A stretch of 64,000 nucleotides of DNA from Blasia pusilla (lineage: Eukaryota). Made by a program: the position numbers and the translations under genes. A model generated the notes under the pieces. That model did no database searches. It was given only the letters and a program-made list of their open reading frames with translations, and was not told the DNA's origin. Positions within the stretch are counted from its first letter, which is position 1. Each line of letters starts with the position of its first letter. Positions 26,968-40,618 of this stretch are shown piece after piece. Where the stretch lies: positions 7,502,001 through 7,566,000 of the forward strand of contig CM114271.1 in the NCBI GenBank assembly GCA_050084515.1, in the 5' to 3' direction.

Positions 26968-28857
26968 TCAAGCGGAAATGTCAAGCCTGGGTTCGTAGAA
27001 AAACCATTTATTGTAGCTATCAGGATTCACTCCACGGGCAGGAACACCCCATCTCCAGACCCTATGTTTGATGTCAAAACTCAGCCACTGCGGTCTCCTT
27101 GGACTAGCAAAGCATATCAGATTGCCGTGAGCAAAGCATTGAAATTTCCCGCTTTTGACGAAATACAATGCGTGGTCCACCGGCATAAGTGCCACTTTGA
27201 ACCACATGCGGGGGAACGATTCTCTGAGTTTCCAGATCCCAAGCCTCGTAACACGTGCTATCATTTTTGCCACAATTAGTATCTGACCATTGTGCTCAAG
27301 AATGCATAAGACGCGTGAATGGCTTTTAATCTCCAGTCGTCGCCACACCTTCCGCACAATGTTGAATGCTAGAATCCCCGTGGGAGATTCTGTGAGGCAA
27401 TACAGTATGCCGTTCCTGAATGCAATCGAAGGTGCAAGAATGCATCCACCAGATGGCACATTAGCGAGAGGGGTCCACTTCCCACTCTCAGAATCATAAA
27501 CCTCGGTCATGGTGGGAGAAGCAGAGCCCAAGCACGTGGGATGCCCAATGACGAACACCTTGTAAGCTTTGCTCTTGGAATCTACAAGCAAGTGCACTAA
27601 CATGGAGCCTGCACGACGACGCTTATGGTTGAATGGAGGCAATTCTTTCCAGGATTTCGTGAGCGGGTTGCATACATACAAGGAGCTGTTCATCCCAGAG
27701 AAGCACAGGCAAATGAGACCTCCACTTGTAGCCAGAAGACAGCATGCTGTTCGCGGGAGGAAGTCCAGTAGCATTCTCGACCATTTCTCCAACGAATGGT
27801 CGTAGAATGCACATTGTCGTCTGCTTCCACCGGAAGAGAAGAGCGCGGGACAAGCATTCCAGGCAGGAGGTCGCTCACAGATTCGTGGCCACCCTTCCAC
27901 GCATAAAAGTGATTGCCATCTCTTACAGACGGAACGAAAGCGTAGGACGCTGGTGAGCGGCAGCCATGGTAGTACTTTATCCATCAGCTCATCGGGAAGC
28001 AGTCGCACAATTCTTTCATCGAAAGGCGACGACTTATGTCTTCCTCTGCTTTGAACCCAGTGACTATCTACAACATTGTTCCTCGCTGCGGTGTATCTGC
28101 TGGAGTTGTTGAGGACGGAAAATGTTGCGGATATTCCATTGACATCGCGTTCAGTGCTTCCGGCGCTGAAGTCTGAACTCGGACAAACGACCTCTGCATG
28201 GAAATAGCTTCTCCCCGGCAATGAGTTGCACGTTGCAGTGCGGGGTGCTTTAGCTCGTGGTTCTCCGAGCACTATATCTGATGCTTCGCTTCGTTGTCTT
28301 ACCCAGCCTCTCGCAAGTCTTCTTCTCTTCCTCGTCCAGCGCGAGCTGCGCGCTTCGCTATCAAATTCTGCTCTTCTTTTTTGAACTCCCTTCTTGTTCA
28401 CTCGTATTGTCAAGCGTCTGATCCAACCTCGTCCTCGGTGCCTTGCCTTCCTCGGCATCGCAAGAGGACATAGTTGTTCTGTGATCACATCTGGTGGTAA
28501 TTTCTTCACGTCTGCATTGTCCTCTCCATCTATCGTGGTCATTTGAGACCTTCGCTGCTGTTCCGCTCGCTTCAGAATTGGTACTGGATGGAAAGCGTCG
28601 CCGAAAGTCTTTCCATCACAACTGATGTATTTCATGAATCTGTTAAATTTACTGAGAAGAAAGGCGAGCCATTTCCAGATTTCTCCCGCCGACCTTGTAG
28701 TTTGTATACCCCTGCCAACTGTCAGAACTCTTCTTTTGGTTGTGTCATTCTTCATCAAAGTTTCCTCGAGAAGTTCTTCTAGGGTGATGGTCCTGCTCAT
28801 GGACCCTAATAGTATTTCCCCTTCCATTAAGGATTCCTCTCTTCCGAGAATCTCCAC
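26968..28857 (-). CDS. F-box protein with kelch/FBA-like beta-propeller and a long basic N-terminal extension, apparently intronless
   Basis: F-box 'LLPDELMDKVLPWLP...FRSVCKRWQSLL', 'ATSGGLICL', 'VCNPLTKSWKELP', 'TEVYDSESGKW', C-terminal 'FFYEPRLD'. The true start is uncertain; the first in-frame ATG is at MEGEIL. Confidence 0.9.
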   Translation of the reverse strand: MEILGREESLMEGEILLGSMSRTITLEELLEETLMKNDTTKRRVLTVGRGIQTTRSAGEIWKWLAFLLSKFNRFMKYISCDGKTFGDAFHPVPILKRAEQQRRSQMTTIDGEDNADVKKLPPDVITEQLCPLAMPRKARHRGRGWIRRLTIRVNKKGVQKRRAEFDSEARSSRWTRKRRRLARGWVRQRSEASDIVLGEPRAKAPRTATCNSLPGRSYFHAEVVCPSSDFSAGSTERDVNGISATFSVLNNSSRYTAARNNVVDSHWVQSRGRHKSSPFDERIVRLLPDELMDKVLPWLPLTSVLRFRSVCKRWQSLLCVEGWPRICERPPAWNACPALFSSGGSRRQCAFYDHSLEKWSRMLLDFLPRTACCLLATSGGLICLCFSGMNSSLYVCNPLTKSWKELPPFNHKRRRAGSMLVHLLVDSKSKAYKVFVIGHPTCLGSASPTMTEVYDSESGKWTPLANVPSGGCILAPSIAFRNGILYCLTESPTGILAFNIVRKVWRRLEIKSHSRVLCILEHNGQILIVAKMIARVTRLGIWKLRESFPRMWFKVALMPVDHALYFVKSGKFQCFAHGNLICFASPRRPQWLSFDIKHRVWRWGVPARGVNPDSYNKWFFYEPRLDISA

Positions 28858-29955
28858 TCATTAGCTGTACGCTCGCTCACACTTCAACACACTAATTAAG
28901 ACAATTGCTTTCATCGATAATTGCACTTTTTTATTTCAATCTCCTCTTGTGATCCAATTCCGGAGTGAGTAAGAGTTTCTTATGCGCTCTTGTTCATCTT
29001 CCACATGTTTTCCCCCTGAAATGCAATTTCCGTGATTTGACGAGGTCCCGTTGGTCATTGCTCATCAGTAAAATCATCTCCATTCTATCGACTCTCTTCC
29101 CTCAGTGTCATCCACACATATTCTGCTCCCACAAATTCCTATCCTCGGCTGTAATCCCTCTTGTTTCCACCCATTCCCGTGCACATTGCTGATCCACTAC
29201 AGGTTTCCTTGTACTGGTCGTTGATCATCGCTTTTCTCTCAGTCCGAGCTCGAGCCCGAGCACACATCTTTACCCGCTTGTCAACTGCCAAGGCAGATAC
29301 ATTCGAATTGGCCTGCAGATCTCTTCAGTCAGATTGAGACTTCGATCCGTGGTTTCCGGAGCGTATATTCCGGGTGTGTCGGTGTGTGTCGTTATTGATT
29401 GAAACCGCCCCCGAAGATTCAGAGCTGACAGGACTGCATTGTTCGAGTCATCTCTCTATGCGCCACTGTTTTCTCCATAAGCTCCGCAAAACAGCCACAA
29501 AATAGGGTTTACTGCGACGGTGGTGAGCTACATGAAGCCTCTCATCTATTTCATCTTGACTCAAGGATCTTTTTGTTTCATTTGGAGGAACAGAAGTGAG
29601 TTTCCAGGTTTCCGCTTCGCTCTGCTGATAAGTCTCCCAAATTTCTTCCATCTTAGCTCGAAACCTTCAATTAAATTAGAACTGTGCTGAAATTGATCTT
29701 CAGTCGTCGATTGTCTAACTGAGTCGTAATTACGGCAAGGGTGTATGTAGCAGGTACAGATTCGTATAAGCTCACATATAGTGCGGGGTTGAGATGCATT
29801 GGAAATCATCTCAAACATGTGGACAAATCATTCGGTCATGGTTGCAGGATGTCGAATCTGACATTAGGGGCAAATGCAGCGTGTTTCAATAAGTGAGTTT
29901 TATCTTTTGGGCGCGTATTGCATCTGAAAAATGTAGGGCAGATCTCCCGTAATGT

Positions 29956-32900
29956 CTAATCTCCGACGGCCCTTTTGCTTATAAGAGGTCTTTCTAGAGA
30001 TGTCACACTGCGTTCACGACTACACCAGAACTTTCGCGGAAGCAGCAACGAGAGACCAGCCATGAGAGATGCTAGGCTTAAAGCAATGAGCAGGCCCATC
30101 GAGATAGGACCGAATCTTGGACTTCTGACGCATGTCAATTCGATCAGTGTTGTTCCGTGTGGCTCCACCGTCGCCTCAAGTGTGCTCGTAACGCCGCCCA
30201 CAGATTCTCCTTTCCAAACATCTATTCCCGTGCAGCCCAATGATGCTCTCTTTTTCCAAGGGGGTTTCCTCAGAACTCGTTTAGGATAAACCTTGCTAGC
30301 GTTGTGTCGATGCACTTTGTTCAATAGTTTCAAAATCTCATCGCGCCATCCGTCCACTACTCCGGAAAATTGGTGCTGGACAGTGTTCGCCGCATCCTGC
30401 AATCCCAAACTTTCCAGGACTTCCTTCACTGAGACCGAAAGTGTTTTTTGGTTCTCTCCCAGATTGAAAAATGCCACATAGCTTTGCCCTTTTGTCACAA
30501 TCACAATGTACACAGAGGGGACACAAATTCAGGTCAGCCGTTCCTGTAGCTTGGTGATTTCTTGGTACCTTACTCCTGAAGCGTATATGCGAACTTTAAA
30601 AATGGGTCTATCTGTCACCAATTCTCTCGTCGCACCGTGGGTCTATTGAGACCGAGGGCGCCGCGAGATTCACCTTAAATCGTTTAAATTAGTTCACTTG
30701 CCCAGGCACCCTTGAAATGTGAAGGGGATTTGCGGAGAGCTGGGATCGTACCTGACGAGCCCCTAGCCACCCAAATTCGCCATTGATCCTCAGGTTGTAC
30801 CACCACCGCACAGAAGCCAAGATATTCACTTAAGAGCTTTCCCTCTGATGTCAAAAACCAAACCTGCATACGCAACACATGGACCTTGATCTTTATTCTC
30901 GTCCAGTTGACGGTCATGGCGTCAAGGAAACAAAGTAGTCCCAGGGTAATGTTCAGGCTCTTCAACTTTTGAACTCTATCGTCTTGTTCCTGTAGTGGAT
31001 GGGAATTAAGCTTTCTACCTCAACATTCTATGGAGGACGTTGCAATTCCAGAGCTTTGACAGAAAAATAATTCTCGCTAACTATAGGCCTAAACAGCAGT
31101 CCTGACAATGGGTGACGGACTAAAAGTAATGGACATTTTCGGTCGCTGACCTGGCTTACATTGTTGTTGCAGGGAGAGAAATCAGCCTGTCTCTTGGCGT
31201 GGTAGGTCAGTGCGTAATCTGCTTCCAAACATAATGTTTGGGTACCGGACCTCCAAAGCAAACCTCGCTCAAATCCCGATTTTCTGTTGAATTCAGTGAA
31301 GGACTCGTTCAATTAAACAAGTACTGTAGAGGTCGAGCGAGAAGCAAGCAAAAAATACTTGTCTTCGATCTCCAAAGAAAACTTTCGTAACATTCAGGAG
31401 TGATTTTGTGGATTTCTTGCTTAGAATCATGAAGCGTAACTATCTGTCAGTACTCGACAGATTTGATTTCATGTATAATGGCTGCCACGTTAGGATTGGA
31501 GAAAAATATAAAAGAAAATTAGTGAATTATATGCAGGGCAGCTCAATATTAATGTGTAACCATCGAAGTCATTGTTGAGGCAAATCTACTCACAGTGCTT
31601 TTGGGGGCCAAAGTCTTTCCGTCCAGTTCAAACAACCTTCTAGCACCGCTTCTTGTTGTCCTCTTGAGTATTTAGATCTGGAGGAATGGGACCAGCAGAC
31701 TTGGGTCGAGCCATCGACAGAGCTCTGCAATTTCCATTGTGTGGTTGTTGCCGAAACACAGTCTTCTAGTTTGACCACTGGCAAAGACTCTGTCGACCCG
31801 ACTGAACTGTGCAACTGAAAGGGAGCCACGGAGTATTAAGAACTCTAATGCCTGGCTACTGGCTATGTAGAGAAACTCGACTGCGAAACAGGTGAGAAGA
31901 AAGTTCTAAAACATCTCGTAATCCTTTCCATGATGGTACGAATTTTTATCTGCCAATCCGAAGTCCTCCTTTTTGAAAACAAATCTCTCACCCTAAATGA
32001 TTGAAAAAGTCCGCGTAATGCCAAGATCTATTGGCTGCCTTCATGAGAATATACGAGTTTTACTGGTGTATATTGGCAATAATTCTGAGAGAGAGGAATA
32101 AGACTGCATTGAGGCAACAAGAAGTGCGTAGTGTGCATACCTCGTTGTTAAAGGTACTGTGTGCATTCATTTCAAGTACAGTGGGATTTGTGATCAGGTC
32201 CAGAGTCCACTGGTCAATGTGGCGCAGGTCGCCTCCGTACATCAATGGCGACTTTGCAATTGCCCAAAGTGTAACCTACCACAAGGCAACTCAAAGCCGA
32301 CAGTAAGGGCCCCGTTTCACTGTCCAAGCATGGGCATAACTGCGAATATGAAGTCTATAGTTCAGCTGCTCTCGCTATATGTTCCACTTAGGACAAGAAT
32401 CTGGCCATAGATCACGTTGAGAACCATCCTGATCAAATCCCTCAATTCTCTAGCGTCGTTACGGTAAATATACCTACCTGAGTGCGCTGTTCGTCCTGAG
32501 AAAGGGAGCTTCGTCGGTAAGGACCATACGCTGCACCTGTTGGAACATTCCCAGCGTTTCATGATGTAGCCCACACGTATTCTAACTTTGCCCGCATCTA
32601 AATAAAAGGAAGAGAAGAAGAAAAAGCAGAAGGGGATGCCATAGATGGATGCTTCATCTCCCCAAGCCGCGAGATCGAAGGTTGATGTCCATTGTTCAGT
32701 AGAGAAGACATTACCTGGATCTGTAAGCCACCCAAGAGGTAACATATCCAAATCGGGCCATGACCGACTTCCTTGCAGTCCAGGACCACCAAGGAGTCCA
32801 GCAGCAGCAAAATCTCTGTCAACATCGCGGAGGATGGTCAAGAAACAAAAAACATACAGAAGCGTATTCCATCACGACGCAAAAATAACTGCATGCATTT

Positions 32901-35900
32901 ATGCTAAAGCCCCAGGCTGGTAAGCTAAGACATTTGCGGGCCATATGTGATCGTGTACCTCCACGACTTAGGGAGGAAACACTAACTCTGATTGTTACTT
33001 TTCCCCAACGGCCAGAGAAAATAGCTACTTCTCTATAAGAAACAGAGTGAACTAGAAAATGTTGATTACAACCTGAATCTTGAAAATGATACTCCTTGAT
33101 TCTAACCTTGCAACAGCGAAGTGCAACAGAATGTCCCACCACTTATCCCAATCATCACTTGTCACACGATACATGTGTGTTAGATGCGCCACTTCTTTTG
33201 CCATTTCTGGGTTGGCCCGTACTCCAGGAGAAAGTGAGTACACAATAGGACGCCGTGTCCTCGTAATGGCCTGCTCCACAGAGGTATCAATGCAATCATT
33301 TACTTCGTGTAACGTATGAGTTCAGGAACAAGAACCCGTACCTGGAATCTCTGAAGGAATCATATCAATAGGGGGTCCTTCTATTGATATGCCCGAAAGC
33401 AACTTCCTTGCGATTGGGATCACCAAGATACAACTTACAAGAATTTAGTTGCAGTAACGCTTTCAGACACTGAAACTGGTCGGTACGAAAACCATACCAT
33501 TTGTCTACCACAAGAACAGACAGGTAGCCATTAAAGATCTGGAAGACACAAATCTACCTCCATACCTTAGACACAGCAGTAATTTCATCCACGCTCAGGT
33601 CATCCATCCCAAACACACAGTCGTGCTTTACTGCCATACAAAATCAGAAGAAATGAGATTGTATTCACTAACTAAACGGTACATCCCAAATGATAACGAG
33701 AGTAGCCATAATCAGTTTCGAAACTAGCATTCAAGACTTGCTTGCTCGGATGTCTATACGCCTCAGAGTAGCTCGTCACACATGGTCATGTGGTTCTAAG
33801 TGCCATTTCTTCTGGACCGATATCGATTAGAAATCTCTACATTTCTTCGTTTTCTGAGAGTGATTGCAGCAACCTATTCCGTCCAGACAGGAATGCTGCG
33901 AAGGACGGTGAACAACGATTTATGAGGGCATTCCCTATCCTCATATGTCACGTTGGGTGTCCAAGGTCAAAAGAGTTCAGCTTATTTTAGAAGCGCATGT
34001 CGGAGAAAGTTTTTGTTGTTTTCAAGAAGTACCTAGCGCAATCACGTGGATATATAGGAGAATGTTAAGCATATTTAGCAGTCAACACTAAATTCCGTAG
34101 ACCACCCTTAATAAGTGTAAACTGCTCCTGACCAGTGGGAACATGAAGGCTCCAGTCGCTCAATCGCAAGCAATTTCTCTTCGGTAAAACGAGAAATTTA
34201 GGTTGAGATCGTGGTCATACTGAAATCAACTCCCCATTCGGCGTATTGTTGATATAGGGAGTTGATGAAGGCACGGCCTCCCTCAGTTGTGGTATTGACA
34301 CTCATGAAGCATGCTTTCATCCATCCACATTCTGCTCTTGGGAGTCCAATGTCTCGTGCTGCCCAACTGCGTCCGTCATCACCCTCTGGACTGCCCTGAG
34401 AGCCACAAGTATAAGGACCATGAGGATGGGATTTTTTGTCCTTGCAGGTAAGCCAGGTTCTGCTGATCATCTTAATGTTATTGCAGCCAGGGCACACGAC
34501 TTTGGATCCAACAACAGCAGAACTTTGTTTACCTGCACTAACATCTTCCAGCGTTGCTTACAGAGGTAGACATGGGAGAAAGGTTTTGGAACTCATAAAT
34601 AGGATGGCAACACAAACCTTAGCATCAATAATCAAGGTATTTCTTTCGTATGCCATTGTGCTTAATCCCCGCATTACGTGGATGCCAAATTTCAGGCCCA
34701 GCGCATGCACTCTATCCGCGATGGGCTTGAATCCTTTTCCATCTTTGGTAGAGGGCCATCGCCTTGGATCTGGCAGAAGTCGTCCCCATTCATCAATGAC
34801 CTCGAAGCCTGGACTCCAAACTGAAGCACCAGTTTCATTTTTCCGGTACCAAAGAAAGTCGACCACCACGTACTGCAAACAACCAATGTAAGCCTCACGT
34901 CAGTTTTTTTCCTGATAGGAGAGTGCCACTTTCTCACGAATAGATCGCTGATATCAAATAAGGAGCAGAGACGTCGACGCAATATCGTTTTTAAAGCATG
35001 CCTTTGATCCCTTCCTTCGCAGCTCTGTTAAAAACCTTCGGTCAAACTTCGTCCCATCGGTGATTTCTTGACAGAATAGACAAGAAACCTTGGTTACAAG
35101 TATAAAGAGAGAGCTGCTGACTTTCAAATCTCAACCACGGGGCAGCGGTTAGCTCAAACCTCGTAGCCATGCTTGAGAAGATTAGCTGCAACGAATTCGG
35201 CATTCTGGAGAAACTCTTTCTCTGAGATTATCCACGAGAACGAATCATAAGAATTCCAACCCCTAGGTGGGGTCTCAGCCAATTCTTTGAACACCTTCCT
35301 GGACTGAGCTGCTCCTCGTGCTCTGGAGTTATCATCATAAGACGCAAAAGGTCTCCTATCAGTCCGTATACAATGACTTAGTTTCGATTCGGAGTCTTGC
35401 ATCCAAATGTGGCCTCTGTAATCGCAATCTTTCCAATAGAATTGCATTCTTTTCTTTAAGAAACCACCAAGGATCAATCTTTGGATGTAGTTAACGAAGT
35501 CCAGTTGCAGAGGATCAGAGTTTTCTGATCATTTTGTTCTGTCGACAGGCTGCACAAGTCAGAATTGAAAACTGTAGATTGTGACAAAAGCACACTCTGA
35601 AATCTGGCGCCTTCATCGCTGACTAAACAGTCCTTGGATCTTGAGAATCCACAGGGACTTCCCTAAGTTGGTGGCAGTCCCAGGGAGAGGGCAATGCTGA
35701 CTCTCAGTCATCATCTTCATAAAATCAGGGATAAAATATCTCTCCTTCTACTCTTGTAGTTCTAGACCAATCATGAATTAACAACAGTTTTGTGAGGCCC
35801 TGCATCTTCAATTTCTAGACACACAAACCTTCCTCATGGGAATTTTTTCTTCATGCCGAAGAGTAGGTTGCGGACCAGAAAAGAGCCAGAAACGAATGGC

Positions 35901-36034
35901 GACTCACGCACAGTAAGGTGTTCTTTTATTAGATAGGTGGATGAATGAAAGACGTGCGCTTACGTGAAACATAGGAGGGCGAGAACGGCAAGCAGTAGAC
36001 CCAATTGGCGATGGCAATTCCTTAGGAGCTCCAT
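29956..36034 (-). CDS. GH27 glycosidase, APSE (beta-L-arabinopyranosidase)/alpha-galactosidase-like, multi-exon
   Basis: Signal-peptide exon MELLRNCHRQLGLLLAVLALLCF (36034-35964, GTAAG donor); 'PPRGWNSYDSFSWIISEKEFLQNA', 'YVVVDFLWY', 'LKFGIHVMRG', 'YAEWGVDF', 'MYRVTSDDWD', 'SWPDLDMLPLGWL', 'YVAFFNL'. Exon boundaries are approximate. Confidence 0.9.
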
Positions 36035-37424
36035 CCATTCAGCGGAGATGAGTGATGGTAGAACGAAGGAAACTCACTTTCTGCGCTTCCAAAAACTAAT
36101 CAAGCAGTGCCGGGCCAAGATAGCCCCCACAGTGTATCATAACATTGTGCACCCAACACCAAAATTCGTGGGCAGGCACGATAATAGACGATCACCTTGC
36201 CCAAGCTGACTTCAAGAATATTTAGTTAGTCAACGTATTATACGACGTAGGTAAGTCAGAGCTGGCGATTCAACCTATTCTAGAAACAAGTTATCAATCT
36301 CACATCACAGGCTCAATCCCGATGGCAGTGGTCGGCGAGGCTAGCAACAGGCCAGTCTATTCGTCTCCACAATCTACATGACGTACCCTCTCCTCCGATT
36401 TCCTTGTTCTCTTCGGCTCGAAGAACGGTGGTGAAAGGCCGAAAGGCACCGGGCTTTCCATTCCCTTCCTTTTTATTTATAGTTGCCACATCTCTTGGAA
36501 AGTTGTAAACCTTCAGTGGAAATTTGGCCCTGTATTTAGTTCAATGGCATGCTTTTGGGAATTTGTAGGATGGGCTGCAGATGGGATCGCGATCACATGA
36601 GGAGTGGTCGGGGGCTGGTTCTCTCATAGGTCATGAACACTTCGAATGGCAAATCTGGTTTTGGGCGCAGCCCGTTAAGTGAGTTAGATTGCAGTTACCA
36701 GAGGTTTGCCAAAGATAACCCTTCTTCACACAATGATTGCATAGCCTAGGGTGATTTCCACCAACCAGCTCCAACTAATGAAGAAAGAAAGAAGGCTAGG
36801 ATTGCTTCCGCGGGGGGATTTGAATTCTTCAGTCCGCATCGTGAAGTTCCACAAGGAATTAAGGAATAAATACAGGCAGAGCAGTGAAACCAAACCCCAC
36901 CTTTCAGATGGTATGGTAGAGTCTTAGTCTTCTAGATCTTCACCCGCACCGCAGTTCTTCCTCCTCCTTTTCTCTACAATTAGGCGATACCATTTTCTCT
37001 CCTTGGCAGGTAAATTATCAACACCACAATCAGCCCTCCCGTGGCTTTTCTGGAAGTATCGTGGGTTCTTTACATCTGCGCTCCAATTTGGCGGTCCCTT
37101 TAGTGTTCCAAGGGGAAACTGTAGCCTCTTCCAAGCAGCAAAGCTGCATTGCAACGTAAATCCATGCGTCCCACTGTTCTTCTTCGTGCTGTTGAAGATC
37201 GTCAAGTGCGGAGGCGTGGCTCTGCTGAGATTATAGCACCACGCGATCCATATCCTAACGGTTTTGACTCCCGCGCTACCGTTCTCAGTTCTGCATAGGA
37301 CTGCTGCTCTAAACATAGTCTTTGTGAAGGTCCGTCTTCGGCTGTGAGGATTGCAGAAGCTGAGAATGAGAGTGCCAACATTGAAAGGGTTTCTTTTCAC
37401 CGCAAGCGAGTAAGTGACTTATAA

Positions 37425-40400
37425 ATGTGTTTGAAACACCTGGATGTGCAGACATTACGAGCACGGCTGGAGATTAGTGCAACCTGGGAACCACTTCCTC
37501 GACTAGTAAGTGCGTGTGGACGAAGGAAAGGGCTAGTGCATTTGATACCGGGGCATACAGAACCGACGACATGCACGCGTTTCTCCAGACGGGTTCGCAG
37601 TTGCACGCGCATCGATTGCAGCTATACGCTTCGTCACCTCATCTTCAGGTTCGTGCGCTCGTAAGGTCACGGTTTTTTTCCATATCTGGAAACTGAGCAT
37701 TGCCATCGTTCTCAGACGCCTTCAAATGGGTTACGTGGAATGGAAATGTCGAAAGAAGCGGCCCATATTTCATCTACTGATAGTCAATACCGGAGCCCGG
37801 AAGGTTCGAGTTGCGACTGAAGCGACTTAGGAACATCATAAGCTGTCTGTTCTCACTCCCACCCGTTCATGAGCTCTTCGATTTCTGCTCTATTTGTCGA
37901 AAATGGGCTCAATGAGCGGAAACAGAACTGCCGATGCCAAAAATACTGTTGAATACTGATCATCCGCATGTCGTTGGATCAGAGTCCGGTGAGCATCATG
38001 AAGCCAGGGCTACTTGAACTTGTGAAGAAACAGGACTGGTTAACAGTACGTCGAGAATTCGACAGGGAGAAGCTTTCACTCACAAATGAGGACGAGAATG
38101 TGTAGACTTTCGGGGACGCTTGATGATGAAAATCACTAACTTTCCTAGAGCAGCTACTATCATAAAATTACAAGGGCGTTTCCTGTTGTCTCCCCCTCCC
38201 AAGACCCTGCCCTGAGTGTCCCTGTTTTCTTGTCCGGTATGAACCAGGTTCAGATTGCTAAATTCCTGCGTGGGTGTGTAGCTACCCGGGCTGGTCAACT
38301 TGAACAGTTCAATTTGTTGGTCTTCATTGGGCTCCTTGGCAGGAGCTTCTCCTGCTCGTTTTAGCATGCTCTATTGCTGCAAACTGCATAAATGGATGTC
38401 CCATGGCCCTCCTGGTTCCTTGTGGACAGTAAAAGTCTCCATGCATTCATTCTCTTATGTAGTGCAGTCGATTTACAGCAGTGCAGTTCTGAAGATGAGA
38501 TGACCCTCAGATGTGCGATTTCAGGTACTCCCTCGTGCGAGAGGCTATTGCAGTTCTGCAGAGGAGCTTGGTAGTCGGGAATCAGATCATAGAGGGCCTT
38601 GTCTGGTCCTTTTGAGCGACTGCAGGATCTCACCCGAAGAATTCAACCGTCACATTTGTTCAACGTTTCTACGAGGGTGAGATTTCTTCTCGTAATCTGA
38701 TAGGTGATGATCCATAATATGAAGTGTTTTGTCAAATGGAAGGACAGCAGCTTGAATTTTTCCCGGGCATTTAGGAATCTTGAGAAACTTCAATTATGCG
38801 AATGTTTGGTTCCATGCTTTCTCCGTTGGATGTCAGCAGGTTCAGAGTTTGCATGGTTGAACATCTTGTCTTAATTGATAGATGCTTCAAGAGCTTCTCC
38901 TAATTCAGACAACAAGGCTTTAACATGTCCCAGCTAAAGGGACAACTAAGAGTTTCGGTAAACATGTTCATCTGCCTCTCCAGTATGCAGTGAATTCTAC
39001 GCGTCCTAAGGGCGAACATCCTTTAAGGGAAAGGGTTGGGGTAATCGAAGAGGGAGAGAAGCAATGAGCGGAGAGAATTTGTCCTCTGAAGCAGTAGTGT
39101 TTTGATCCGGTTGGCATGCAGCTATATTGTAAGAGTGTACTGGTTTGAATACAGCACTTCCTCCAGGACCGAATTTGTATCGCATTTGAACACATTGATA
39201 CAGCAGCATAAAGAACACTTGGATTCACTTGCCATATCTCGTGCTATCTCTGGTAGGTGGGCACGATTGCTCTTTTTCTTTTCAGCAAACCATCTGCAAC
39301 TTTTACAGATTTTGTGTTGCTTGCTGGACTTTGCCCCCACACCTAGAGTATGTCACAGAAGAGGATTGGGACCAACGAATGCTGAAATCACTTCGAATGA
39401 GAAGAAGTTAATTATCAAAAGATAGCAGTGGAAACGGATACTTACAAAAGAACCATCTCAAACCATATGCTCAATGCAGAGAGCGGATCCTCCAGTGAAC
39501 GAAGCATAGTAGCTACTGATGAGTCCAACCAAAAGAGTGAATCGCAGAGCTGCCAGAAATTGAAGATCAGATTGCAGACGTATCCCAGGAGCCTAGCAGA
39601 GTCACTTGTAGATGAGCTGATAGATATCGACTGCCAGCTCCATGGTTTCTCCCACGCCCTATATGCACTGGATGTGGATGGGATCTATAGATATGGAATT
39701 TCGACTGCATCCCACATGTATCTGCCGCGGTGTGATAGGGAAGATTTGGCAAAGAATTCCGTTGCAAGAGCTTCCCTGAAGCTTGAGGAAGTCATGCAGG
39801 CTTTAGACTTCCATCTGCAGGGGGATATGATTGGTAAGGTTACAATTTCTGCCCTTTAGTGTTCCATTTTATTTATACCCGTAGTGTGTGTATACTTTGC
39901 ATTCGCACTTTTATTATAATAATCGCTCAACTAAATTCTCCCGTGCATTATGTTGTGATAGCTATGGACTTGGGAGCTTCGCCTGGGGCATGGACTCAGT
40001 TTCTAAGTAAGCACATCTATCGTGTTGTTGCTGTGGATCCTGCTCAACTTCATGAGGAAGCAATGCGACCGAATGTCACTCACATTCGGAAGATGGTAAG
40101 CGGCTATGACAGATTGCTTGAATTTTCATGAACGAGGACTCTAAAACTTCTAAGATGCTTCTTGTCCGCAATTATACAATCATGACAAGAACCGTTGTGC
40201 CGAAACAAGCAGGCACAGGACGCAGTCCAAGAGCTTGCTGCATGGAGTGATGGAAATGGATTTGACCTGCTGGTTTGTGATGTAAATCGATATCCGGTAG
40301 AAGCTGCGAATCTTGTACTGCCGTTCATTTCACATCTAAAAACGGGCGGCTTCTTGGTGCTTACCCTCAAATTTCACGGTCGTGGCAGGTCTGATCTCGG

Positions 40401-40618
40401 AGCTAGATCTTTTCGGTTTTAGTATATTACTATGCAGGATAGCTTATCAAATTCTGACTTGATCTTTGGCTGATTGTCGAAACTTCGCATGCAGAGACAA
40501 GGACAAAAAAGTGGATGAAATCAAAGCAATTTTTCGGGAAGTCCTGACAAATATGGAGTGCATCTGGTTGTTAGCAAATAGCATATACGAGAGAACCTTT
40601 GTCGGTAAAAAGATGTAG
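37425..40618 (+). CDS. FtsJ/RlmM-like SAM-dependent RNA 2'-O-methyltransferase, multi-exon
   Basis: 'VARASLKLEEV', 'DLGASPGAWT', 'VVAVDP', 'LLVCDVN', 'LVLTLKF' and 'WLLANSIYERT' give the K-D-K-E tetrad; stop TAG at 40616-40618. The 5' exons and start are uncertain. Confidence 0.75.

Noticed and set aside
36924-37400. 158-aa ORF between divergent genes
   Set aside because: No motifs; likely promoter/5' UTR sequence.
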